64,000 nt of DNA from an uncultured Chromatiales bacterium. GTDB taxonomy: Bacteria > Pseudomonadota > Gammaproteobacteria > Poriferisulfidales > Oxydemutatoraceae. The translations under genes were made by a program, and so were the position numbers. The notes under the pieces were generated by a model. It did not search any database and was not told the DNA's origin. It saw only the letters and a program-made list of their open reading frames with translations. Positions 38,568-48,733 of this stretch are shown here, one piece after another. Positions within the stretch are counted from its first letter, which is position 1; every line of letters starts with the position of its first letter. The stretch lies in assembly GCA_964347615.1 (NCBI GenBank), contig CAYFZO010000005.1:34282-98281 (forward strand), written 5' to 3'.

Positions 38568-41500
38568 CTAAGCGCGCTTCCCGCCGAGCGGCCAACCGCC
38601 GTGCGAATCAATCTCCTGATCGATGCGCCCCATGACCCGCGGAGTCTCGGCCAAGGCGGCGCATATCCGGCGGTAATGGGTGACCTCCTCGAACGAGAGG
38701 GTCTTGCCCTTTCGATCTTTCAGCCACCTCTCCACAGGGCGATAACCGCCGATGGCAAACGCCCAAGTGTCGGGCGCGACACCCTCGAAGCACTGCTCGC
38801 CGTTGATCCATACTTGCCCCGGTGTGTCATCGGCGGGCGAGACGTAGCGAGCCCTTTCTACGTGATTCGTGCCCTCACACGCAAAGGCGGGCTTGTCATC
38901 TGCTTCTGCCGTCATCAAGTGCAAAGCAGTAAGGCGCTGCCCCAAACCGACGAGTATCGAGAACAGTTCTTGGCTTTGGGTCAGTGGCACGCGAGGGAAA
39001 TCAGACTTCAGGAAGTCAGCATAACGACGGCGGTATTCCGGGCTGTGCAATACGGCGTAGATGTAATGGAACACGTCCTCCGGGCCAAACGAAGCCTTTA
39101 AATCGCCGGCGCTTTCAGGGGTAAATTTGAGATTCAAGGCAGCACTGGCCGCTTCAATGAATTCCTCGTCGATATTAGCTTGGCGCACTCTGTTCGCTTT
39201 ACCCTCTCCTTTCTCCTTATAGAGGTACAGAGGGAAAAGATGGTTGCCCTCCTTGAGAGAGGCGGCGTGAAGCTGAGCGAGGATCTGCGAAACAAAAACA
39301 TGCTTCCAGCCTCCGACTATTTCTGTTGACCTCGTTGTCAAGAGACCCAAATTCTTCCCGGCCAGCATCTGCTCCATGACTTTTTTGCGAGGCCTACAAA
39401 GAAAACCGCTCGATTTCCCCGTGTAGCAGGTAAACCGATTGTCAAACGGTCTGTACAGAATTGGGACAACGTGAGTGTCAATATCAGGATGCGAGCGTAA
39501 ATCTTCTTGCGCCAGCGACACTTTCCAATCATGCACGTCCTTTCCTAAGTTGTAGCGAGCACGGACTTTTTCTTCTGAGAGCCCCACGAAATCAGACGTG
39601 ACGCGCCGCATGTCTTCACGCGTCCACTGAATCGTCAGCTTGTCTCGTGCGGTCGCAATTCCCACCGAGTGAACGGGGAAAACGTCGGTTATTCTGACGC
39701 CCGTCTCGTACTCGTCATTCATCTTTTCATCGCGCGGCACAAACAGGTAGAGCGGTGATTTCGGCGAGAGCGGCGTCCATTCGGTGGTTGCAACGTGGTT
39801 GGCGGCCAACCACCCGTACTTCCCGCGGTTCGGTCCGCTTTCACGCTCGCCCCACAAATCGGCGTGGAACACTTGAGCTAAAGCACCGTCGGCGTTCTTC
39901 CGCTTAACGAACAAACCGATCGCAACTCCCTGCTGAATATCAAACACGTTCTCATCCCTGCCGCCGCCCGGCGGACTTTCCTTTCTCTTGGTATTGCCGT
40001 GCAGATCCAGCAGATAAATCTCGTCGAAGGTCTGCATCAGAGTTTGGCGCATCCCGCGAAAAGTCGGGTTATCCAAGTAGCTGTGGTTGGTAACAAAACC
40101 AAGCACCCCCTCACCGGTGCGCTCAATTTTCCATTGAGCAACACGAATAAACTTGACGTAATCGTCATTCAGCCATTTGGGATTTCTCTCACCGAGCGGA
40201 TGGTTATCCACCTCGAAATAATTGCCGATCCTTTCTCTGACTTGGCGGCCACGCAGCAACCCCTTAATCCATTCACCCTGATTGGAAGAATGACCGGAAT
40301 AAGGCGGGTTGCCCAGCACCACCATCACCGGCTTATCACGCTTCACGGCGTCTGCGCTCGCCGCCTCACGCACGATTTCGTGAGCAAACAGCCCGAGGCC
40401 GGCTTCCCGATGCGCTTCTTCGAGCGCGTTGGTGAGAAAAACCCCTAAGCGCTGATTGGCCGGCATTTTGAATCCGCCGTTGGTTTCGCCAATCCCGAGG
40501 GCGAGCGCCAGCTTCAGATGGCAAATCGCGTAGGGAGCCATCATCAGCTCGAACCCGAAAAGGCGCTCCAGCAGATTGTCCTGCACGTAATCGGGCCAAG
40601 CGCCGCCGAGACCTTTTTCCTTGACCGTCTCGCGGATGCGAGCAACCACCTCGCACAGGAACGTTCCCGTGCCCACCGCCGGGTCGAGGATCAGCACGCG
40701 CGGACACGATTGCTGCTCTCCGGTATAAGTCTTGAACGTAACCGTGGACTTATCGGCAAGCCCGTCCTTAACGTCGAGCCGGTTACGAAGCAGGTGATCC
40801 ACGCTTCGCACGATATAGGAAACCACCGGTTCAGGCGTGTAATAAACGCCGCGCACTTTACGCAGTCCTGGATCGTAGGCGGCCAGAAAGTCTTCGTAGA
40901 AGTGCACCACCGGGTCGTCGCGCCGATTGCGGCTGCCGAAATCAGCAAGGACGGCTGCCATGTCCGCCCGGTGAAGCAGCAACGCGAGGTCGTCCACGAC
41001 CCACGCGATTTTTGGATGGCAAGCGGGCCCGGCGACGTTGCCGAAAACGTCCCGCAGGAAAGGTGTCGTCTCGACGAAAGTCGCGGATTGGCGCGTGAAC
41101 GGCCCCGCCTGCGCAGGGTCATGCAGACAACGCGCCGCGAACAGACCATAGACGGCGGTCTGTGCCTGCAGATCGGCGAATTGAGCGGGCGACAGGTCGG
41201 GAATCAAAACTTCGCGGTAGTCGTTATGCAAGTCATGCAACGGCCCGGACCCCCTTTCCTCCTTGAGAATATCCTTGATACCGTCACGCAACATTCGAGC
41301 CTTGCTCGCCATCTGTTCGGCAAGAGCGCCGGAATTGCCGATTGGCGGCGGGTCGGCTGCAAAAAACGCACCGAACAGCTCGCCGACCTGCTCGGCTCCG
41401 GCTTTATCAAAAGCAATTCCGTCCGGGCCGGCGAGACGTGCAAGGCGTGTATCCATGCGCGGCTCGCCTTGCGCATACCAGCGAAACTCCAGATAGTCGG

Positions 41501-41816
41501 TCAAAATCAGGTTGGGCAAACCGTCACGATAGCGTCTCAGCTGCTCATGATTTTCGACTGAACCCAAATCAACTCCGATATCTTTACATTCGACGTGACC
41601 TACAGGAACCTCACCGCGGTTGACGATAAAGTCGGGTACGCCGAAAGCCTCTTTCGAGGGTTCATTGATGGCTTGGACACCTTGACCCCCCAGATCTTCA
41701 ATCAGCTTCTGAAGCGCCGACCGGTAACTGTGCTCGGTGGCCTGTCCGGTCGCGTAGACTTTTTCCACTTTGCGGCAGTAGGCGCGAAACAGGTTTATTG
41801 ACTTCTGGTCTGCCAC
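38568..41816 (-). CDS. Type IIL/IIG restriction-modification enzyme of the MmeI family: PD-(D/E)xK endonuclease fused to a gamma-class N6-adenine methyltransferase and a target-recognition domain.
   Basis: The N-terminal nuclease motif is VPDFIVNRGEVPVGHVECKD (D...ExK). MTase motif I is VLILDPAVGTGTFL and motif IV is VVLGNPPYSGHS. It is a single 1082-aa ORF with GC visibly below the flanks. No separate methyltransferase or specificity gene is adjacent. Confidence 0.7.
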   Translation of the reverse strand: MADQKSINLFRAYCRKVEKVYATGQATEHSYRSALQKLIEDLGGQGVQAINEPSKEAFGVPDFIVNRGEVPVGHVECKDIGVDLGSVENHEQLRRYRDGLPNLILTDYLEFRWYAQGEPRMDTRLARLAGPDGIAFDKAGAEQVGELFGAFFAADPPPIGNSGALAEQMASKARMLRDGIKDILKEERGSGPLHDLHNDYREVLIPDLSPAQFADLQAQTAVYGLFAARCLHDPAQAGPFTRQSATFVETTPFLRDVFGNVAGPACHPKIAWVVDDLALLLHRADMAAVLADFGSRNRRDDPVVHFYEDFLAAYDPGLRKVRGVYYTPEPVVSYIVRSVDHLLRNRLDVKDGLADKSTVTFKTYTGEQQSCPRVLILDPAVGTGTFLCEVVARIRETVKEKGLGGAWPDYVQDNLLERLFGFELMMAPYAICHLKLALALGIGETNGGFKMPANQRLGVFLTNALEEAHREAGLGLFAHEIVREAASADAVKRDKPVMVVLGNPPYSGHSSNQGEWIKGLLRGRQVRERIGNYFEVDNHPLGERNPKWLNDDYVKFIRVAQWKIERTGEGVLGFVTNHSYLDNPTFRGMRQTLMQTFDEIYLLDLHGNTKRKESPPGGGRDENVFDIQQGVAIGLFVKRKNADGALAQVFHADLWGERESGPNRGKYGWLAANHVATTEWTPLSPKSPLYLFVPRDEKMNDEYETGVRITDVFPVHSVGIATARDKLTIQWTREDMRRVTSDFVGLSEEKVRARYNLGKDVHDWKVSLAQEDLRSHPDIDTHVVPILYRPFDNRFTCYTGKSSGFLCRPRKKVMEQMLAGKNLGLLTTRSTEIVGGWKHVFVSQILAQLHAASLKEGNHLFPLYLYKEKGEGKANRVRQANIDEEFIEAASAALNLKFTPESAGDLKASFGPEDVFHYIYAVLHSPEYRRRYADFLKSDFPRVPLTQSQELFSILVGLGQRLTALHLMTAEADDKPAFACEGTNHVERARYVSPADDTPGQVWINGEQCFEGVAPDTWAFAIGGYRPVERWLKDRKGKTLSFEEVTHYRRICAALAETPRVMGRIDQEIDSHGGWPLGGKRA

Positions 41817-42058
41817 CGGTGTTCCTCTGGTTGCTTGCGCGGACAGTTCAACGTCGACAGGCGCCGATGCCGCAACGCCGGGTTATAACGTCGGGTTATA
41901 AGGCCAAACCACCCAAGCATCCGGTCGAAAAGGACAAGCGGTGCATTATAGGGGGCGAACGTGCCGCTGCGGGCAAAACGCGCGTCCACTGGATACGCCT
42001 GCCTTCCATGGTTTACAATCGCACTTTGACCTTGCCTTAAACACGCACCCCTCGCGCC

Positions 42059-42655
42059 ATGCCTGCGCCACGCAAAAGCTCCATAGACCGCAAGACCGCG
42101 GAGACGCAAATCAGCGTTGACCTCGTGCTCGACGGCACGGGCAAGGGCACGCTTGAGGTCGGTATCCCTTTTCTCGAGCACATGCTCGACCAACTGAAAA
42201 AACACGCCTGTCTGGACCTGACGGTCAAGGCGACCGGCGACCTCGAGGTGGACCACCACCACACGGTCGAGGACCTCGGCATCACGCTCGGGCAGGCGTT
42301 CAATCAAGCGCTCGGCGACAAGCGCGGCATCCATCGTTACGGCCACGCCTACGTGCCGCTCGACGAGGCGTTGTCGCGTACGGTGATCGATTTCTCGGGC
42401 CGCCCGGGGCTTGAATACCGCGTCGTGTATCCGCGCGCACGCATCGGCGAGTTCGACGTGGACTTGATTCACGAGTTCTTCCAGGGGTTTGTCAACCACG
42501 CGCAAGCGACGTTGCACATAGACAACCTGCAAGGCACAAACAGTCACCACGTCGCCGAGACCATCTTCAAGTCTTTCGCCCGCGCCGTCAGAATCGCGGT
42601 CGCGACGGACAAGCGCATGGGAGATGCTTTACCCTCGACCAAGGACTTGCTCTGA
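42059..42655 (+). CDS. hisB: Imidazoleglycerol-phosphate dehydratase.
   Basis: [12 protein letters not shown]..., with the [10 protein letters not shown] and [15 protein letters not shown] metal-binding motifs. Confidence 0.95.
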   Translation: MPAPRKSSIDRKTAETQISVDLVLDGTGKGTLEVGIPFLEHMLDQLKKHACLDLTVKATGDLEVDHHHTVEDLGITLGQAFNQALGDKRGIHRYGHAYVPLDEALSRTVIDFSGRPGLEYRVVYPRARIGEFDVDLIHEFFQGFVNHAQATLHIDNLQGTNSHHVAETIFKSFARAVRIAVATDKRMGDALPSTKDLL

Positions 42656-42778
42656 GCACAGGGCTGAAGCCGCGGAACTCGATCGAGGAGACGATACGAC
42701 GCACGTTACTTCCGGGCCGGGCGCGGACAACGACAGCGACGCATTTAACAACCACCTTGCTGGCAAGCCCCTTACGGC

Positions 42779-43420
42779 ATGGAACACATCGCAATCATCG
42801 ACTACGGGATGAGCAACCTGCACTCGGTTCAACGGGCGCTGACGACGGTCGCACGGGACGACGCGCAGGTCAGCGTCGTCAGCGACCGCGCGGGCATCGA
42901 GGCCGCGGACAAGGTCGTGTTCCCCGGTCAGGGCGCCGCACTCGACTGCATGAACGCGTTGAACGCGGGCGGCCTCGCCGAGGCGGTGTTGCGCGCGGCG
43001 AAAGAAAAGCCTTTCCTCGGTATCTGCATGGGACTGCAAGTGTTGCTTGACCGCAGCGAGGAAAACGGCGGCACCGCCTGCCTCGGCTTGTTCGCAGGCG
43101 AAGTGCGACGTCTCTCGGGCAAGCCGCGCCCGGGACGGAAAATCCCGCATACGGGCTGGAACCGGGTCAGGCAACGCGCCCACCCGTTGTGGCAAGGCAT
43201 CACCGACAACTCCCACTTCTACTTCGTGCACAGCTATTACACCGCGCCGACCGACCGGCGTCTTATTGCAGGCACAACCGACTACGGCGATAATTTCGCG
43301 TGCGCCGTCGCAGCCGACCTTGTCTTCGCGGTTCAATTCCATCCCGAGAAAAGCGCGAGCAACGGTTTGCGGCTGCTGCGCAACTTCGTGCTCTGGAAAG
43401 GCGAGCCTCCGACGTGCTGA
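42779..43420 (+). CDS. hisH: Imidazole glycerol phosphate synthase, glutamine amidotransferase subunit.
   Basis: IAIIDYGMSNLHSV...GICMGLQVL (catalytic Cys)...HSYY...FHPEKS. Confidence 0.95.
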   Translation: MEHIAIIDYGMSNLHSVQRALTTVARDDAQVSVVSDRAGIEAADKVVFPGQGAALDCMNALNAGGLAEAVLRAAKEKPFLGICMGLQVLLDRSEENGGTACLGLFAGEVRRLSGKPRPGRKIPHTGWNRVRQRAHPLWQGITDNSHFYFVHSYYTAPTDRRLIAGTTDYGDNFACAVAADLVFAVQFHPEKSASNGLRLLRNFVLWKGEPPTC

Positions 43421-44181
43421 TCATTCCCGCCATAGACTTGAAAGACGGCAAGTGCGTGCGTCTGCGCCAAGGCAAGATGGACCAGGAGACCATCTTCTCT
43501 GACGACCCGATTGCGGTCGCCCGGCAGTGGGTTGAGGCCGGCGCGCGCCGGTTGCACGTCGTCGACCTCGACGGCGCGGTCAGCGGCAAGCCGGTGCATT
43601 CAGGAATCATCGCCGAAATCACCCGGAGTTTCCCCGACCTGCCGGTGCAAGTCGGCGGCGGCGTACGCGACGAGGACACGGTGCAGGCGTACCTCGACAG
43701 CGGGGTGCAGTTCGTCATTCTCGGCACGCGCGCAATCACCCAACCGCACTTCGTCAAAGACCTGTGCCTGGAGTTCCCGGGACACATCATCGTCGGCTTG
43801 GACGTCAAGGAAGACCGCTTGGCTACCGCCGGCTGGTCGAAAATATCGCACCATCAAGTGACCGACTTGGCGCAGCATTTCGAAAACGACGGCGTCGCCG
43901 CAATCATCTACACCGACATCAACCGCGACGGCATGATGTCGGGACTCGACGTCGAAGGTACCGTCAAACTCGCGGGAGCGATTCACATACCGGTCATCGC
44001 CGCGGGCGGCGTGAGCAAGATCGAAGACGTCGAGGCGTTGTGCAAGACCGACGAGGAGGGTGTCATCGGCGTCATCACCGGGCGTGCGCTGTATGAAAAA
44101 ACTCTCGACCTGAAGGAGGCGCAGGCGCTGGCCGACCGGCTGTCCGCCGCCAGCCCGGACCAAACACCCCCCGACGCATGA
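43414..44181 (+). CDS. hisA: ProFAR isomerase.
   Basis: A GTG start overlaps the hisH stop. The sequence is (M)[19 protein letters not shown]...VQVGGGVR...GRALYE. Confidence 0.9.
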   Translation: MLIIPAIDLKDGKCVRLRQGKMDQETIFSDDPIAVARQWVEAGARRLHVVDLDGAVSGKPVHSGIIAEITRSFPDLPVQVGGGVRDEDTVQAYLDSGVQFVILGTRAITQPHFVKDLCLEFPGHIIVGLDVKEDRLATAGWSKISHHQVTDLAQHFENDGVAAIIYTDINRDGMMSGLDVEGTVKLAGAIHIPVIAAGGVSKIEDVEALCKTDEEGVIGVITGRALYEKTLDLKEAQALADRLSAASPDQTPPDA

Positions 44182-44939
44182 GCCTAGCCAAGCGGATCAT
44201 CCCCTGCCTTGACGTGGACGAGGGACGCGTCGTCAAAGGCGTCAAGTTCGTTGACATCAGGGACGCCGGCGACCCTGCCGAAGTTGCGGCGCGCTACGAC
44301 CAGGAAGGCGCCGACGAGATCACGTTCCTTGACATCACCGCGAGTGCCGACAAGCGGCGCACGATTATTCACGTCGTCGAGAAAGTCGCTTCCGAGGTGT
44401 TCATTCCGCTCAGCGTCGGCGGCGGCGTGCGCAGCGTCGAGGACGTTCGCGCGTTGCTGAACGCCGGCGCCGACAAGGTGGCGATCAACACCGCCGCGGT
44501 CGCGGACCCCGGTTTGATCGAACGCGTCGCCGGCAAGGTCGGCTCGCAATGCGTGATTGTCGCGATCGACGCGAAGCACGACGGCGGGAAAGGCTGGGAA
44601 GTTTATACCCACGGCGGACGCACGCCGACCGGCATGGACGCGGTCGAATGGGCGCGGCGCACGGCGGACGCCGGCGCCGGCGAGATCCTGCTGACCAGCA
44701 TGGACCGCGACGGCACGAAGGAAGGCTTCGATCTCGAATTGACGCGCGCGGTCAGTGAAGCCGTGCCGGTGCCGGTCATCGCCTCAGGCGGCGTCGGTAC
44801 GCTGGAGCATCTGGTCGAAGGCGTAACCGAGGGACTCGCCGACGCGGTGCTCGCCGCAAGCATCTTTCACTTTCAGGAATACACCATCCGCCAAGCCAAG
44901 CAACACTTGCGCGAACGCGGCGTCGAAGTGCGCCTGTAG
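44178..44939 (+). CDS. hisF: Imidazole glycerol phosphate synthase, cyclase subunit.
   Basis: [20 protein letters not shown]...[10 protein letters not shown]...SGGVG... Its start overlaps the hisA stop. Confidence 0.95.
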   Translation: MSLAKRIIPCLDVDEGRVVKGVKFVDIRDAGDPAEVAARYDQEGADEITFLDITASADKRRTIIHVVEKVASEVFIPLSVGGGVRSVEDVRALLNAGADKVAINTAAVADPGLIERVAGKVGSQCVIVAIDAKHDGGKGWEVYTHGGRTPTGMDAVEWARRTADAGAGEILLTSMDRDGTKEGFDLELTRAVSEAVPVPVIASGGVGTLEHLVEGVTEGLADAVLAASIFHFQEYTIRQAKQHLRERGVEVRL

Positions 44940-44996
44940 CCGCGCGAAGAGACGCCCGGCGCGTTGTGCGTATAATGGCGACGAGGCGGCGGCACG

Positions 44997-45320
44997 ATGA
45001 ACGACACCCATATTCTCGAACGCATAGACGCGGTCCTGACCGAGCGCAAATCAGCGCCGGCGGCGGATTCCTACGCCGCTTCGCTTTACCGGCAAGGCAC
45101 GTCGGCAATCGTTGACAAGATCAGCGAGGAAGCCGCCGAAGTCGCCGCCGCGGGCACGGGCGAAAGCGACGATCGGCTCGCGTGCGAGGTCGCCGACTTA
45201 TGGTTTCACTGCCAGGTGCTGCTCGCGCACCGCAACGTCGGCGTCGGCGCGGTGTTCGCCGAACTGGAAAGACGCTTCGGCAAGTCGGGTCTCGCCGAGA
45301 AAAAGGGAAGAGGCGGGTGA
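44997..45320 (+). CDS. hisE: Phosphoribosyl-ATP pyrophosphatase.
   Basis: LERIDAVLTERK...SYAASLYRQG...KISEEAAEV...EVADLWFHCQVLLA (MazG-like). Confidence 0.9.
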   Translation: MNDTHILERIDAVLTERKSAPAADSYAASLYRQGTSAIVDKISEEAAEVAAAGTGESDDRLACEVADLWFHCQVLLAHRNVGVGAVFAELERRFGKSGLAEKKGRGG

Positions 45321-45378
45321 GTCCGCCGTTGTCCGATTTCAATCGTACCCGTGAATTCAACTTAGTGAGGAAACAGTC

Positions 45379-45579
45379 ATGACCTGGGGCCCTCTGCAAA
45401 TCCTGTTGATCCTTCTGATTGTCGTGTTGTTGTTCGGCACCAAAAAGCTGCGCAATCTGGGCGCCGACCTCGGCAGTTCGATCAAGAGCTTCAAGAAATC
45501 CATGCAGGAAGGCGAAAAGAAGAACGAGCCTTCCGACGACAAGCAGCAAACGCTCGCAGATAAAGACGACGTTCGCTGA
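45379..45579 (+). CDS. tatA: Twin-arginine translocase TatA.
   Basis: [40 protein letters not shown]. Confidence 0.9.
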   Translation: MTWGPLQILLILLIVVLLFGTKKLRNLGADLGSSIKSFKKSMQEGEKKNEPSDDKQQTLADKDDVR

Positions 45580-45588
45580 GCGTCCGCG

Positions 45589-45984
45589 ATGCCCACCTTC
45601 GGCTTCTGGGAACTGACGCTGGTCATGTTCGTGGCACTGCTGGTCGTCGGCCCCGACCGGCTGCCGCGGCTTGCGGCGCAGGCCGGACGCTGGATCGGAC
45701 GGGTCAAGCGTCTGGCGACGAGCTTCAAGGAAGACCTGGCGCAGGAACTGCACACCGAAGACCTCAAGAACACCATCGCCGCGCCGCGGGAGGAGGTCGA
45801 AAAGCTGGGGCGTGAACTGAAGCAAACCGGCTCGCAGGTCGAGCGCGAAGTCCGCCGCCTCGACCCGCTGGTCAAAGCGATGGACGACCAGGTCGAGTCC
45901 GGACGCTTCGAGCCCGGCGACGACGATGACGACGACCGCGGCGCTTCCGGCGATACCGACGGCAAACGGGATGAAAGCACTTAA
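45589..45984 (+). CDS. tatB: Twin-arginine translocase TatB.
   Basis: MPTFGFWELTLVMFVALLVVGPDRLPRLAAQAGRWIGRVKRLA. Confidence 0.85.
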   Translation: MPTFGFWELTLVMFVALLVVGPDRLPRLAAQAGRWIGRVKRLATSFKEDLAQELHTEDLKNTIAAPREEVEKLGRELKQTGSQVEREVRRLDPLVKAMDDQVESGRFEPGDDDDDDRGASGDTDGKRDEST

Positions 45985-46744
45985 GCCCGAAGAAAAGACC
46001 AGCCTCATCTCGCACCTGGTCGAGCTGCGCGGACGTCTGCTGCGGGTGTTCATCGGCGTCGGCGTCGTCTTCCTCGCGCTGTTTCCGTTCGCCAACCCGC
46101 TTTACGAGTACCTGTCGGCGCCGCTGATGCAGCACCTGCCGCAAGACGGTTCGATGATCGCCATCGAGGTCGCCGCGCCGTTCCTGACGCCGTTCAAGCT
46201 GACGCTGCTGATTGCGCTGACCGTGTCGCTGCCTTACGTGTTCTATCAGGTGTGGGCGTTCGTCGCGCCCGGGCTGTACCGGCGCGAACGGTACCTGGTG
46301 TTGCCGCTGATGGCGTCGAGCACGTTGTTGTTCTATGCCGGCATGGCGTTCGCCTATTTCGTCGCGTTCCCGCTGATGTTCGCTTTCTTCAACGCGGTCG
46401 CGCCGGCGGGGGTGACGGTGATGACCGACATCAGCCGCTACCTCGACTTCGTCGTCAAGATCTTCATCGCCTTCGGCCTCGCGTTCGAGGTGCCGATACT
46501 GACCGTGCTGCTGGTGAGAACCGGCTTCACGACCCCCGCGCAGCTCGCCGCAAAACGGCCCTACATCATCGTCGGCGCCTTCGTCGTCGGCATGGTGCTG
46601 ACGCCGCCCGACGTGCTGTCGCAGGTGCTGCTCGCGGTGCCCGTGTGGCTTCTGTTCGAGACCGGCTTGGTGCTGACGCGGCTGATGAAACCCGCCGGCG
46701 GGAACGCGGACGAGAACGCCGGAAAAGCACCGGACGCACCTTGA
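45971..46744 (+). CDS. tatC: Twin-arginine translocase TatC.
   Basis: From the ATG at 45971: MKALKPEEKTSLISHLVELRGRLL..., with six predicted TM helices. It overlaps the tatB end. Confidence 0.9.
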   Translation: MKALKPEEKTSLISHLVELRGRLLRVFIGVGVVFLALFPFANPLYEYLSAPLMQHLPQDGSMIAIEVAAPFLTPFKLTLLIALTVSLPYVFYQVWAFVAPGLYRRERYLVLPLMASSTLLFYAGMAFAYFVAFPLMFAFFNAVAPAGVTVMTDISRYLDFVVKIFIAFGLAFEVPILTVLLVRTGFTTPAQLAAKRPYIIVGAFVVGMVLTPPDVLSQVLLAVPVWLLFETGLVLTRLMKPAGGNADENAGKAPDAP

Positions 46745-46801
46745 AAAAAACGCGCACGGCGGTGATGATAACGCTTTGGTTGAATACTTGATCCCAAGCC
46801 C

Positions 46802-48355
46802 GTGAACGATGCCGCCCCCCCGACCGCGACGGCGCGGCGTACGATGCTCGTCATACTCGACGGCTTCGGCGTCAGCCTGAACGAGGCCAACAACGCCGTC
46901 CACATGGCGAAAACGCCGCGGCTGGACGCGCTGTTCGAACGCTACCCGCATACCTTGCTCGAAGCTTCGGGCCCCGCGGTCGGGCTGCCCGCCGGACAAA
47001 TCGGCAACTCCGAGGTCGGGCACATGACGATGGGATGCGGCTGCGTGATCGAACAGGATTTGGTGCGCATCAACAACGAGATCGAATCCGAAGCGTTCTA
47101 TGAAAATCCCTCGCTGATTTACACGCTGAAACAAGCCAAGAAAGCCAAACGTCCGATACACCTGCTCGGGCTGGTCTCGGACGGCGGCGTGCATTCGCAC
47201 GTCACCCACCTCGAAGCATTGATCGAGATGTGCCGACAGCAGGAAGTTGCGCCCGTGTTGCACGCCGTCACCGACGGACGCGACACGTCGCCGCGCGAAG
47301 CGATGCAGTTCATCGAACGCGTCGAGCCGCAAATCAAGAACGCGGGCGGTGAGATCGCGACGGTGATGGGACGCTATTACGCGATGGACCGCGACCACCG
47401 CTGGGCGCGCACCGAACGCGCTTGGCGCGCAATCGCGCTCGGCAAAGGCACCGAACGCGAAAACGCCGCCGAGGCGATTCGCCTGTCCTACGAAGCGGAC
47501 TGCGGCGATGAGTTCATCGAGCCTTGCGTGCTGCCCGCGGCGCGACCGCTCGACGAAGAAGACCACGTCATCTTGTTCAACTTCCGCAACGACCGCCCGC
47601 GACAACTGATCAAGGCGCTGGTGTCGCCGACGTTCGACTCCTTCAACCGCGGCGACGCGCCGGTGGTCAACGTCACGACGATGACCGAAGTGGACAAGAC
47701 GTTTCCGTGCCTGGTCGCGATTGCCGCGGTGAGACCGAAAATCACGCTGGCCAAGACCATCAGCGAATACGGCCTCAAGCAGTTCCACTGCGCCGAGACC
47801 GAGAAGTATCCGCACGTGACCTTCTTCTTCAACGGCGGCACCGAAGAGCCGCTGCCCGGCGAGGAACGCGAACTGATTCCGTCGCCGAAAGTGCCGACTT
47901 ATGACACCAAGCCCGAGATGAGCGCGAAAGAAGTCGCCGACGCGGTGGTGCAAGCGCTGGCGAACCCGGAATTCTCGTTTATCGTCGTCAACTTCGCCAA
48001 TACCGACATGGTCGGACACACCGCGGTGGCCGACCCGATCATCAAGGCGGTCGAAACCGTGGACCGCGAGACCGGCCGCCTTGTGGACGCCGCGACCGAG
48101 CACGGCTGGTCGGTGGTGATTACCTCAGACCACGGCAACTGCGACGAGATACTGAACCCCGAGACACAACAACCCAACACGCGGCACACGATGAACCCGG
48201 TGCCGTTCCTGATCGTGGACGGCGAAGACCATCACCTCGCCGGGGGATGCAACATCAGCAGCATCGCCCCGACCGTGCTGGAACTGATGGGGCTGGAAGC
48301 GCCGAAAGAGATGCTGGCACCGTCGGTGATCGTGAAGAAGAAAGGGAAGAAGTGA
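46802..48355 (+). CDS. gpmI: 2,3-bisphosphoglycerate-independent phosphoglycerate mutase.
   Basis: LVILDGFGVS...NSEVGHMTMG...GLVSDGGVHSH...ADMVGHT...ITSDHGNCD. Confidence 0.95.
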   Translation: MNDAAPPTATARRTMLVILDGFGVSLNEANNAVHMAKTPRLDALFERYPHTLLEASGPAVGLPAGQIGNSEVGHMTMGCGCVIEQDLVRINNEIESEAFYENPSLIYTLKQAKKAKRPIHLLGLVSDGGVHSHVTHLEALIEMCRQQEVAPVLHAVTDGRDTSPREAMQFIERVEPQIKNAGGEIATVMGRYYAMDRDHRWARTERAWRAIALGKGTERENAAEAIRLSYEADCGDEFIEPCVLPAARPLDEEDHVILFNFRNDRPRQLIKALVSPTFDSFNRGDAPVVNVTTMTEVDKTFPCLVAIAAVRPKITLAKTISEYGLKQFHCAETEKYPHVTFFFNGGTEEPLPGEERELIPSPKVPTYDTKPEMSAKEVADAVVQALANPEFSFIVVNFANTDMVGHTAVADPIIKAVETVDRETGRLVDAATEHGWSVVITSDHGNCDEILNPETQQPNTRHTMNPVPFLIVDGEDHHLAGGCNISSIAPTVLELMGLEAPKEMLAPSVIVKKKGKK

Positions 48356-48361
48356 GCAATT

Positions 48362-48490
48362 CAAGGCAGGCTTGAATATGGAGACTTCTTCCCGCCATGT
48401 TAAAGGCTGGCTTGAATATGGAGGCTTCTCCCCGCCATATTAAAGGCTGGCTTGAATATGGAGGCTTCTCCCTGCCATATTAAAGGCTGC
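48362..48490. repeat. Three tandem ~43-bp repeats, each with an internal 7-bp inverted repeat (AATATGG...CCATATT), immediately downstream of the gpmI stop.
   Basis: AAGGC(A/T)GGCTTGAATATGGAG(A/G)CTTCT(T/C)CC(C/T)GCCAT(G/A)TTAAAG occurs three times. Confidence 0.8.
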
Positions 48491-48495
48491 GTTCA

Positions 48496-48729
48496 ATGCT
48501 GAATTCCAAGACACAACAATTGAACACGCGGCACACGATGAACCCGGCGCCGTTCCTGATCGTGGACGGCGAAGACCATCACCTCGCCGGGGGATGCAAT
48601 ATCAGCAGCATCGCCCCGACCGTGCTGGAACTGATGGGACTGGAAGCGCCGAAAGAGATGCTGGCGCCGTCGGTGATCGTGAAGAAGAAAGGGGGTGGGG
48701 TGAGCCCGAAAATAAACAATCAAACTTAA
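48496..48729 (+). pseudogene. Diverged duplicate of the last ~65 codons of gpmI (3'-end remnant).
   Basis: ...TQQLNTRHTMNPAPFLIVDGEDHHLAGGCNISSIAPTVLELMGLEAPKEMLAPSVIVKKKGG is about 95% identical at the DNA level to 48148-48345 (gpmI C-terminus TQQPNTRHTMNPVPFLIVDGEDHHLAGGCNISSIAPTVLELMGLEAPKEMLAPSVIVKKKGKK). It has a different, AT-rich tail. Confidence 0.7.
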
Positions 48730-48733
48730 CGCT

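Noticed and set aside
38487-39101. 204-aa plus-strand ORF inside the RM gene.
   Set aside because: It is the antisense of the MmeI-like ORF and has no independent support.
45872-48103. 743-aa minus-strand ORF.
   Set aside because: It is the antisense of gpmI and tatC. The composition is R/G/H/D-rich low-complexity. The real genes are on the plus strand.
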